Below are positions 52,201-64,000 of a stretch of DNA of 64,000 bases, in pieces. The position numbers were made by a program, and so were the translations under genes. The notes under the pieces are model-generated. The model saw only the letters and a program-made list of their open reading frames with translations, was not told where the DNA came from and searched no databases. The DNA is from Callorhinchus milii. Its lineage: Eukaryota. Numbering within the stretch: the stretch's first letter is position 1; each line of letters opens with the position of its first letter. The stretch lies in the NCBI RefSeq assembly GCF_018977255.1, contig NW_024704742.1, positions 81,098,001 to 81,162,000 on the forward strand, given 5' to 3'.

Positions 52201-53391
52201 TATTGTTCCTTTGATAAGTTTGTTTAGTCGTGTTGCTTTGATGAGAAGTTTGACGGCATTTATTTTTGTTATGGAACTCAGTGGTGGCATCAATTCCATC
52301 TTTCCTTCATCCACTAATTGCAACTATCCTGATTGTTACCACTGTATTTCTAAGCACAAAGAAAATAGGGGAGACATTAAAATTTAGAAAGGAATATCTT
52401 CACTCAGAGGGTTGTAGAGTGCATTACCATTCATGGCCATTGAGACTGAATGAAAATAATTCTTCAAAGGACCTGGATAAGCTTAAAAACTCGAAAGTAA
52501 ATGAGCAAACTCACTTTATGCACATTGCCATTGAGAATTGTACGTAGTAAACTCAGGCCAATATTTTAGAATGGAACAAGATAGTATAAGAAACGATATA
52601 GGTTTAGATTTGGAAAAGGTAATTTCAGGACCAATAACAGAAAGTTTTTGTTCATTCAGAGGCTAATTAAAGACTGTACAGATTGCCAGGAAGGTTAGTT
52701 GAGGCCAGGACACCAGACTCATTTAAAAAGCATAAATTGATACTGTGATGGGAGGATTGATTATATTAGTATTCTGGAGAATGAGATCAGGTGGGCTGAA
52801 GGGCTTTCTTCATGCAAATCAATTTTGTGATCTTGTGAATGTATCTGTGAGTGGGATGGGGGGCAGGGGCAGAGAGGGAGGGGAGGAAACATCCACCCAT
52901 TCCTTCAGCCACAAAACGACAGCCACATAGTGCAAGGTATGAGAATGGATTTTTTCAAAACTGAACAGAAACGTAAATTTTATGTTAAATAAATCTCACA
53001 AAGTCAGGTTGTCAAATGCATAAAGATGATGGCTGTGCAGATAGCTTGGATTTAACACTGGTGAAACATCAAAAATGCAATGTCTAATTCTTGAAGTTTC
53101 CACTTTTGTTTTGCTGATATTTTCATACACATTTGCAGGGCTATGGGGTAAAAGAAGGGGAGTGAGACTAGTTGGTAGCTCTTTCAAAGACACAGGAATG
53201 ATGGACCAAATGGCCTCTTTCTATGCTGTAAGATTCTATGATATGAATCCAAATCATTTCTACAAATTGTATATATGGAAAGAATATGGGTCACAGGTCA
53301 ATGCATAAATACAAATTGGCTTTAATGCTAGCCCAAATTGCTTCCATCAGAAGTTATACCATCACTATAGGACATCACTGTGTATCTCATT

Positions 53392-53600
53392 ATCTCTTTT
53401 CTTTTCTCAATTTCTCACTCTAACTCTTTCTCTTTTTCCCTTGGAGTCTCTTTACTTTTTTCATTTCCTTTTTCTCAAACCTACTTCCTATTCTCTCTGT
53501 TTTGACTTTCTCTTTCTCTATTTCTGGTCTTTCAATTTCTGTCTCTCTTTCTCCGACTTCTTTTTGACTCACACTCTCACTCACTTTCTCTCTCTCTGAC
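53392..53600. repeat. CT-rich low-complexity tract
   Basis: About 200 nt of almost pure pyrimidines. Confidence 0.8.
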
Positions 53601-54892
53601 CTAATTCTAACCCTATAGTGCACCTGAAATAAACAGCAGTACAAACACACTTGCATCACAAGGCTTGGGTAAGATTTTGAGCCTGGTAACCTCACGTATC
53701 CCTGCAACTAAAAATTGTATTGCTAACATTACAGACCAACATTATTTCCACAAGGGAGTCATGGTGTGGATATGTGGACATACACATAGTCAGTGTGCAG
53801 ATATGAGGCTTTCTCCTATGTAAGAATGAACCTTGTGTGTTTACCCTAAGTTTATTGAGAGGTTACTTGGAGTTGATTTTTTTAAATTTCTAAGCCCAGT
53901 ATGCATTGCTTAACTTTAACTTTAATCTTTGTGTCTGGACAGTCACTAGCAACATATACATATGTGTGTGTGTATATATATATGTATTCCTATATATATT
54001 TCCATATATCTGTGCTCACATCAGTTTTGCACATTAACTACTAACAACTGTTTCTGCCTCATCTTTCATTCATTCTGACTCATTTACTGATGACCATATT
54101 CAAACCAACAGAAAATTGCTCTTTTCCTTTTATGTTCCCTCAAGCCACATTTCCTTTCTTCCTGGCAGAGAAAACGACAGCCCAGAAGCCTGCCTCTCTC
54201 CGTTTGCAGTTAATGCTTTCATATTTAACTTCTTCCTGATGTCTCTGTTTTCTTGATCTGTTTCTGCTTGGTTCACTTGTTTCCCCTCTTAATAAAGAAG
54301 CTTCTTCAGCTCGACCATTCCAGTTCTAACATTCAAGTCACTTTCTCTTTTAGATCAGCCTGTTGTTTGTTCCAAGCATTTTTCTGTTTTAAATTTAAGA
54401 TTACCAATAAACATTTTCAGTTCTTCCTTTCCATTCCACCTAGAGAGGGGTGGAGTAGGTTAATGCACTGTGACCTATAACATTGTATTTTATCATTTTA
54501 AGTACTCACAATAAATAACCACAGATCTGCACAGAGACCCTGTTACTATTCCTGTTTAATTTTTATATTTTTATATATTATATATATATGCATTAAAAGA
54601 AACTCCCAAAAATCATATTGCTGTCCATGGAATGATTTTAGCCTCACCCTACTATAATTTCTGTAAACTAAGCTTCATATCTTCTATGTTTAAAATTAAA
54701 TCAGATCCATTTCTTTGGTGCACACTAAAATTTGAGTGATCCATCAAAGTGTCAGTCCTTTACACACAGGACTTGGGAGTCAAATTAAATGGAAGCTATC
54801 AAAATGATCGCATAAATAATTCAGATCTGGTAGAACATACGGTGGCCAGTATTCAACTCTCTTACGACCCAGATACTGCCCTTTCTCATCTT

Positions 54893-55030
54893 TTGTGTGT
54901 GTGTGTGTGTGTGTGTGGTGCTTTATGTTTGTATGTGTGCTTGTTGTGTGCAATCTGTGCTGTGTGGTTTGTGTTTGTGCCGTGTGGTGTTCGTATTTAT
55001 GATGTATGGGTTGTGTGTGTGTGTGTATGT
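54893..55030. repeat. Degenerate (TG)n microsatellite
   Basis: tgtgtgtgtgtgtgtgtgtgtgtg followed by TG-rich sequence. Confidence 0.9.
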
Positions 55031-56744
55031 ATAAATAAGTGAGAGGGGAGAGGATACCATCAAGCTGAGACCATAGTTATTCTTTTCAGATCAAGCATGC
55101 CACCTTTTTGCCCATAAGCAAGTCCATAATTGCTTGAAGGTGGAGGAGGGTGTGGGGAGTAATTGCTTTTCAACATCACTAATGAGCCGGCTAATCCCAA
55201 ATGCACTGTATAGCAGATAGATACATTCCCAGCAAATTTCACCTAGGTTCCACTGCCTCTTGCAGAATATGCACCAAAGGTAAAAACTGGCTCCAAAATG
55301 CTTTTAACTCATCAAGTACTGATTGAGGTTTTATATTTATAAGAAAAAATATGCACATCGCACAATCTCCTTTCTTCTCCATGAACTGCTCCAGCCCCTC
55401 CCTACAACCAAACAAACACCTTCGCCTTCCGCCCAGGAAGAAAATTATTTCCAACTCCCTCACTTCTGCCCTTGAGTCCTCTGAACTCCTGTCTCTCTGC
55501 TGCCCTTGACCTTATCTCCTCTGTCACCCTCTTGCACAACTGCTTCACCAACATTTTAAACTCCCTTTCCCCACTACTTCCCACACCAACTCCTATATTC
55601 GCCTGGTTACGAAGGTCACCTCTGTTTCCTGCCCCTTCACCTACACCTTCCCCACCCATCATCAAATCAGATTCCCACCCAGTACTGTTAACCTCTTTGG
55701 TACGTTTTCCTGATATGAACGTTATTGCATAAATATTGGATTTTTTAATTTGTATTGCATAATGTGAAATGCTGGCATCCAAATTGTGGTATTCCTAAAT
55801 GCAATCTGTTGATTCATTATTGCCAGGAATAATTAAAGTACATTTTATTGACTGAAAATTGTTCTTACTGACAAATTTAAGACTGACATTTCCCAGCCTT
55901 CCTCCCTCGGATATACACACACGCACACTCTTCCAGAGAATGGTTTCAACTCACTCTTTTCAGGATTAAATTGTTGCTACGTTTGATTTTAATACAATAA
56001 GTGAATCTAGTTTTGATTCCTAATGCTAGAATTCCAATAACAAAAACAAAAGAACAAAATAATAAAGAACAAAATAATTTTACTTTCAAATTTGTCTGTG
56101 AGCCATTATCTGATGAAGTAGTGTAACTGGCAGCCTGCTGGATTACTTGTAGATAACACATTGGTCTAGGTTTTAAGCTCAGACATTAGGTGTCAGCCTG
56201 GTTCAGTTGGTACCATTTTCATCTTTGCGTCAGAAGATCGAGATATTTAACTCATACAGTTTTTGACACTATATGACCATGTCCAGGACACAGTGAGTTT
56301 CCTCCGCCATCTGCCTGAAACCCAACGTGCTTGCTCTTCATCGCACAGTGGTTAATGATCTTATAATGGGTTTCTTTCTATGTGTGTGATTTTTTAGGAA
56401 TGTAATTATTTTATTTGCGAGGTGGATTGGGTTGAAGAGGCAGAAAGTGTTTAGTATTTTGTTCCAACACTGGAAACAGTGGGAGCCAAACTCTGCCAAC
56501 AAGCTTATGTCCTGCTATCGTGTTAGTCAGTGGAAAGGGCGGGAAGGGACATTTTACAAATTGGATTACAAACAAAGCCTGAAACCTCCACTTTAGATAT
56601 CTTATTGTGCTTTTATTTTAACCACAGGCTAAAACTATATTTTACCGTGTAGAAAATGATCCCACAATGCACTTGTCATGAGGTTTCAGTTTCCCATTCA
56701 TAAAGGCTGGAGTAGTCTTCATTCAATGACCAGGCCTTTCAGAT

Positions 56745-57172
56745 AATAATAATAATAATAATCCTTGCATTTGTTATAACATCTTATCATGTCATTTGAG
56801 ACATCGAAGGATATATTGTAAAATCTAATGACTGTTTAATTTGTTGGCAAATGCAATAGCCAATTTGCGCACAGCAAATTATCCCACAAACAGCCATGCT
56901 ATGATTGACCAATTTTGTTTGGGGGATTGTTGGCCAGGACACAGCGAGAAACTCCTTTCCCTTTTTGAGTAGTTTCATGGGATATTTAATGAACAGGCAC
57001 AGGTGGGAACCTTGGTTTCACAGCTCATCCAAAGGACACCACTTCTGACAATGCAGCACACCCTCAGTGCTGAATTGGAGCGTCAGTCTAGACTACCTGA
57101 ATTAAAAGTCCCAATTTGAGGCTGGAACCCACAACCTTCTGTCTCAGAGGCAAAAATGCTACAAACTGAGTC
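56745..57172 (-). mobile_element. Old Deu-domain SINE copy
   Basis: Reverse copy from the (att)n tail to the ctcagtttgtagc head. Further partial copies at ~1440-1760, ~6180-6430, ~15485-15760, ~16320-16680, ~24760-24935 and ~41830-42040. Confidence 0.75.
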
Positions 57173-58880
57173 AAAGGTGGAACAAGGTAACAGGAAAGGG
57201 TAATCTTTGTCTGTACCTTTCTCGTGTATGCAAGCAGATGCACTGTCATACTGACTTTATCCCCCACTTCTCTTTCATACGTCCTATCTCATTACTTTAC
57301 ATCATTCTGTGTTGCTTTCTTCTCAACATCTGCATTGTTTTATTTTATTCTCTCTTCAGTTCCCCTTTCTCTTTCTCATTGCTCTCCGAGCCCACAATTG
57401 CATGGCAGAGGTAAGCCAAGCAATTTCAAGGGTATCATTGGAACAAACACCACAAAGTATAGTCACTACTCTTCACGTGGAATATTATGTCAAACCACGG
57501 GTTTAACCCATGTTGTCTGTCAGCTCCTTTACAGCAATTGCACCAGATCTTTCTCACCTTCTCCTCCACCAGGTAGACTGTAATGTACCAGATGTTTCTG
57601 TCACAAATGCTGACCACATTTTAAAACAAGACAACAATCTTTCTTCTTTCTAGCTTATGCTACTTCCAATTTTCAAGTTTTACGTTCTACACTGCTTGCC
57701 ACTGTACTTTATCTCCTACCATACATTTGTGACATTGTTGTGTCTTTTATGCTGCTCTTATTGAACCACACCAGAAAGTTAAGCAACCGTCTAAGACTTC
57801 CTGAGCATGAAGACTGGTCTCTAATGATAATAATACAATAATCCTTGCATTTTATATAATACCTTATCCCTTCATTGAGATGTCTCAAAGTGTTTCATGG
57901 GATATGCTGTAAAGCGGATTGACTCTATTTTGTGCACAAAAAAAATGACCTCACTATGTCTTCAGTGTGAAAACCCAACAGACCTTATGCTTCTAACATT
58001 CAACCAACATTTTGGGCATTTTGACCCAATTGTGAGCTTTGGTGTACTAGCTTTCAACGTTACAACCTTCAGTCTGGACTCATAAGACTGAAGCTGTAGG
58101 TTTGCTCTGCTCTCTGCTTGACTGTCTAACTCAATAACCAGCAGCACTAAGCCTGCCTCAGAGAACAACCTATGCACAGTGGTGAATTCAAAGAAGCTTT
58201 GTGCACCTCTTCTGCTCCCCTCATTAAAACACTGTGCTCAATGTCAGAGTGCTGTGCTCTTTTTGTACTCCTCACGTGCCTCATTAAATAGTTGGCTCCA
58301 CAGTGCCATGCTGCCCTAATCTACCACAGCTTTGGAATTGCTTACGGGATGTGGAGTACACATGTTGAGCATTGTTTCAGTGAATGAGGGAGCGCCAGAA
58401 CATTTTTTGCAGCTACCTATTATCTGTAAACTTTTTATTCACTGCCCGAGTAACAGTGTCTGGGCTGAAATCCAGTCTGAACCCTATTCTGTAAGCAGAA
58501 GCCGGGCTTTATCCCTTGTGTAGGGTCCTGCTGTGATAGTGCATGTTAGTCATAACTCATGGTGGGTAAGCCCGTTAGCTTGAGACCGTGGTTACTCCCC
58601 AGAGACCTAAAATTTCCCTGATTCCATTTATAGATAATTAAGTCATAAAACAGAAATGTATAATCCTGCAAAGTCTCAGTGCTTCTGGGTATTTTTTTCA
58701 AATTAAAACCATCTTAAGTATTTTGCAGGACACGTTTTACTTTATACTGAAACAGCATGATTTCTCACCCATTCACAGTCAACTGGAGAAATTCTGCACA
58801 ATGCCGTTTTGTAAACTCCTTCAGAATGTTTTATTGAGTGTTGTGGAACGTCCATTGATCCCATCATCTACTATTACTTA

Positions 58881-59183
58881 TGGAGTCGTGTAGCTCAGTG
58901 GTTCGAGCACTCGCCTTGCAAGCGATAGACCTGGGTTCAATTCCTGACAGGGCGAAACTCTGGGCAAGTTTCCTTACTACTGATAATAATCCCTCAAGAA
59001 AAAAACAATAATAAGTTGATCACTCAATCCGCGACAGTTTGTGGGACACTGCTGTGTGCAATTGGCTGCCGCGTTTCGCCCACAAATATACAGTCAATTC
59101 ACTTCACAGTATATTCTGTGAAGCGCTTTGAGACGTCTCGAAAACGTGAAAAGCGCTATATCAAATGCAAGATTATTATTATT
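58881..59183 (+). mobile_element. Full-length tRNA-derived SINE (short subfamily)
   Basis: tggagtcgtgtagctcagtggttcgagcactcgccttgcaagcg...ggttcaattcc head; (att)n tail. Confidence 0.9.
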
Positions 59184-62100
59184 ACAATAAACCTACTAAC
59201 CTATTAATGATGCCCAGAGTTTTAACTATTTTCACATTTATCCTGTCACTTTTCCTGCAGATGATTTATCTACCCTCAGTCAGTTACAAAAAAATCTCAT
59301 TCGTTCCATATCGCTCCATTGTCCCTCAAACAGATCATTTATTTCCTGATTATCAAAATGCTGCTTGCTCATTTCAAATTGTGAGAGATGTTGCTTTGCT
59401 TTGGTTTATTTCCCACCAAAATTCACCCAAAACATTCCAATTTGTGGGATGATCAATCTCATTGCACTCTGTGGCATGTTGCTGACATGAATTAGCTGTT
59501 GGGTTTGCCTACTTAAGTCACTCCACCACAAAGTAACTTACTGTGAGAAGCACTTTGAAATATTTAGACAAATTCCACCCAGATCTCAATTGACTATTTG
59601 TGAAGAATGTTACAGCCTAAAAGGTTCTTAAACAACTTAATTTTGAAGCCATTTTTCTGTAAGTTCTTTAAAGAACTACCCATAAACAACTTTAAGTTGT
59701 GACTGAATTCAACAACTTTTCAATTGTTGGTTGGTTTAAAATGTTGCATAAATAGAATAAACTTAGACCCAGGGGTAATTTCTCCCAAAGATGCTATGTT
59801 ATGTGCAAATATTCATTCCAGTAGTAGAAGTCTTCTACCCTTTTTNAAATTTCTCATCTCGAACTGTTTGGAGGGAAAAGTAAAATGCTTCCATCTCTCT
59901 GGCCTGATAGAAATGATGAGTTGATCGCCACTGGTACGATTTCAACAGAGAATTCGGGAGAAACTCTCTTCTCTCTTTGAGTAGTGCCATGGGACCTTTA
60001 AGTCCACTTGAACAACTGACTAATAATAACATAATAATCCTTGCATTTGATATAGTCCTTTCAAGACGTCTCAAAGCGCTTCACCGAATACACTGTAAAG
60101 TGAATTCACTGTATATTTTGTTGCGAAACGCAGCAGCCAATTGTGACCAGCAGTGTCCCACAATCAGTCGTCTATTCAGTGACCAATTTTTATTATTTAT
60201 TTTTATTTCTTAGACTTTGGTCAATGTCTCATCTGAAAGATGGCACCAGTGCAGCACATCCCCAGAACTGCATTGGAACATCAGCCTAGATTAAATCTTG
60301 GTAAGCTTCTAACGGAAAACGTTGAGAAGGAGAGACACAGACAGATCGAGGAAGAGAAAGGTTAATATTGGTGTTGTGAATAAGAGAGAGAGAAATAGCT
60401 ATAACAAGAATGTCCCATAGGTTGCTATATAATTGACCTAGATTTTGAATGGATCAGTGAGTGGAATTCCCTTAAATATTTTAGCAAAATTGTTTGGAGT
60501 TGGAAGGATAAAACCATTAATAACTCACAGTGACATGCTCTTTCGAACTTAAATGAATTGTTAATGATCTCCAAACGTTAAACATGTTAGCAGCTCTTTC
60601 AGCGTTTTTACACTGAGATCTTTCTCAGTATGCCACAGACTATCTGTCTAATATCATTACTTTAAATTTGTGACCACAATTGTAACATAAATTGAGAAAG
60701 AAAATAATAGTTCATATTACAAGGAGAGATTTGAAAGCTACATTTATTTTACTAGTAAGAAGATTAAGAGGGATATATTACAGCCCTCTGAGACGCTATC
60801 CTGGATGAAGAGCCCTATATAAATGCAACTTGTGATCCGAGCCATCAGCTGATTTTTCTCCAAGGCACAGTTTGCAATTTAGTCCACTGCTCATTGCACA
60901 GCAGCAGGGTTTCTGCCTCCAGTCTTTTTAGTTTCTTTTTGTCCTTCTTCAGTTGAGTGACGGTACCATTGCTGAAGGCTTGAAATTCTCCCAGCTCCTG
61001 CTGGTAACCCTCCAGGATTGCGAGTGACTGAGCTCGTTCTTCAAGCTGTTTGGCCAATTCACTAAACTTACTCCTTCCATCAATAAAACCTTTAAGGCAG
61101 TGATATCCAACATCTTTGGTTTGCCACAAAATAAAAGTTTCTTGATTGAATATTTCTTCATTTATGCCAACGGTAGGCAACCTTTCTAGTTTGAATATTT
61201 CTTGATTTAAGGCATAAATCTATGCTATTTTGTTATTTTTAGAATTAATGACCACTACTTTAAAGCTTTAATTTGGGACTACGCTACTTCAAGAAGCTTT
61301 TTTATGTTTGTCAACTTCTTTCTTTGTTGACGCTCCTCGTCCCAGCTTCCTGTGATTCTAAGATTTGTATTTCCACTTGTTTGGTACGTGACGGATAAGT
61401 CTCCACTGGAGCCAACAGATTTTTTCCTATAGACAGCTGGTCTTGTTGTTGAATAGTTTGCATTCCCACTGACTGATAGAGTCAGAAATTTAACATTGGC
61501 CTGTTCTAGTTTTGGTCCTGAGAGCTTCATTGCCCTTGGACAACCCTGAGTCTATATTCCATGAATTCGCTGTCAAAAAAAANTCAAAAGTAACAAAATT
61601 GGGGGAGGTGGACTGTGAAATACTTACCAAATTCCATATGAATATCTTCTGGCACAAACATTTTCACTTTAACAGAATAAAATATTTAATTATTCCTCAT
61701 TGACAGGTGGTGTTCAGAGCAGTGTTATTTTCTGATGTAGTCTATCTTTTGTGAGGTTTTTAACACCAGAGCTAATAAACAACTAGTAGATTTTGTTGTT
61801 AGCAAACTACAGGCTACTGTTCAAGGCATCATCATGACAGATGTGCTGCAACATTTGTTTGTGTGTTTCCTATTATCTCAGAGAAAAAGTATTGTTTTGC
61901 AAGCAAACCACATGTTGGTAAAATTTTCCATTTGTTTTATTACTTCGATTCTTTTATTTATCACTATTAAAGTCTGTGTATACAATTTATATTATTTTAG
62001 TATTTGGAATTGAAAGCTTTTTTTTCATTAGAAAAGGAACTGGTGAAAATGTTGCTATTGTAACATACACTTGGAATTGGGAGTGAGGAAGGCCTCTGTG

Positions 62101-62586
62101 TTGCACTGAGGGAGATAGGAATGGGGGGGGAGTTCAGAGATTGTGCTATTTTGAAGGGGTGACTGATCGCCCAGAGCTCTCTCGTTTTCTTTCTGACTGC
62201 GTACTTTATGGGCAAAAAGTGGCAGCCAGTTGCATACAGCTGTGTCCCCCAAACAGTCGTGGATTGAGTGACCGCATTTTTTTTCGATGGATTGTTAGCC
62301 CAGGACAACAATTTGCCAACCTGGTTCCTACTTACTGCTAGGTAAACAGAGACATGTGTGCCTAAGGTTTCGCCCCACCCAGAAATTGAACCCAGGTCAT
62401 CTTACTTGTGAGGAGAGCACACAAACCACTACACTATAGGACTCATAAATGCTAATAAAACACCAGCAAAAAGGATTTTGGGCATTTTATTAACATTTGG
62501 AAGTTGGATGTTTTTAAGAAATGCGGAAATAATCATCAATATTATGATTGATTTTTTTTCCCAAATATCCCCTCAAACTTAAATTT

Positions 62587-62899
62587 TAATAATAATAATA
62601 ACCTTTGCATTTGGTGTAGCGCTTTTCACACCTTCTAGACATGTCAAAACGTTTCACAGAATACACTGTAAAGTGAATTGACTATACATTTGTGGGTGAA
62701 ATGTGCAGCCAATTGCGCACAGCAGTGTCCCACAAACAGTCGTGAATTGAAATGACCAATTTATAATTTTTTTCTTGAGGGATTATTATCAGGCGTGTGG
62801 AGTAAGGAAACTTGCCCAAGGTTTCACCCTGCTGGGAATCGAACCCAGGTCTCTCGCTTGCAAAGCGAGTGCTCTAACCACTGAGCTACAGGACTCCAC
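62587..62899 (-). mobile_element. Full-length tRNA-derived SINE (short subfamily)
   Basis: Reverse copy with B box GGTTCGATTCC and A box TAGCTCAGTGG. Confidence 0.9.
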
Positions 62900-64000
62900 C
62901 CACTGAGCTACAGGATACAAAATGGCCTGACAAGCTGAGACCAGCTGGAACTTTGGGACTCCAATGGGACTTCTTTTCTAAATTGTGAGGTCTACATTTT
63001 GCTAGAGAATGCCAAGCTAAATAGAACACATATTTGCAAATATACCAGAGCTTCTATTCTTTTGCAAGCAATTCCCAATCCAGATGTAGCATTGAAAGGT
63101 CCAATACTGATCCAAGCATAATATTATCCCCCATTAGTCACCTTTTACTGTTTTACTTGTGGGTGAATCCCATATACCAGGGCTATTTTCCATTGTTACT
63201 GGAATCTACAAGTCCAGAGAGGCCTCTCTTTAGCCCTGGTTGAGCAGCTATGTCACGGTGAACTTAACACAAGGTAAACAGGAGGCTCTGGAATCAGAAT
63301 GTCAGGGCTTTCCTGGCACAAAATGACAACTTCATAACATCTGCAGCTTGGGCCCATTGAGTCATTCATTCATCTGCAACTGAATCTCAGTCTCCGTGGA
63401 CATAGCATACTTCACTAATGCAAAATGAAAACATTGATGATTTTGTTTCAGCTGAGGAGGTGTTAACGTGCTGAAGATCTGGTATTTACCACTACCATCT
63501 TCAGGGAGGAACTGGGCAATGGCCGACATTGTTCAGTTTGCTGCACAGTAAGAAGATGAGTAATAGATAATATAATCAGTGATTCACTGCTGTGCCTTTT
63601 AAATGTACAGTCTATAGTGGGAATTGCATGTTGAAGTGCGGGAATAAGAAGTGATCTGGATCGTTGGAATGCTGGTCTTGCACCAGGATCTTGTTTGAGT
63701 CAGGTATGTACCAATCTATAAGTAGCTAATCTCTTAAAGATCAAATGACTGTCTGGTAAAATGTGTTCCTTGCACGTCTGTCATCTGTGCATTCAACCAC
63801 TCCGTAACAGAACTGCAAAATACTCATAGAGTGTCGTCAAAACTTGTTTCATTGTAACACAGGTTTGCTTATAGAGCGGGTGCCCTATAGACCAGTGGGC
63901 AGATTCACACACTACAAAAAATGGCCAATTACCAGGTCATCCGATTGCTACTGACATCACTTCCTACCCACTATGTTGCATACAGGAAGTGATATTGACG

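Noticed and set aside
54140..54220. Next PALM2 exon after the acceptor-like ttcctttcttcctggcag
   Set aside because: The translation does not resemble the expected RLE.EI..LE continuation. I saw no convincing downstream exon in 33389-64000, though a diverged one could have been missed.

Overview
Eukaryotic (vertebrate) genomic DNA, not prokaryotic. The repeat content (SacSINE1/DeuSINE-like SINEs, shark-type CR1 3' ends, abundant L2 LINEs) suggests a cartilaginous fish, possibly a chimaera; this is an inference. The window is almost entirely intronic sequence of one + strand gene, paralemmin-2 (PALM2 / PALM2-AKAP2 locus). Three consecutive coding exons are visible (8495-8540, 28561-28641, 33258-33388) and splice in frame to [85 protein letters not shown](R). 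I did not find the next exon. The introns hold decayed L2 and CR1 LINEs, an old Deu-domain SINE family, a young tRNA(Ala)-headed SINE family with an L2-type tail, a 28S rRNA fragment, probable Gypsy and L1 remnants, and microsatellites. Nearly all ORF-track entries are spurious or transposon-derived. The most interesting observations are: a 28S rRNA/fold-back/CR1-tail chimera; near-identical inverted SINEs bracketing two PALM2 exons (a circRNA/dsRNA configuration); modular SINE evolution visible within the window; a TTAA-flanked piggyBac-like MITE or motif cluster; and an unidentified decayed coiled-coil ORF. I cannot support a claim of a wholly new biological system. Family names come from remembered consensus sequences, not from searches, and repeat boundaries are approximate.
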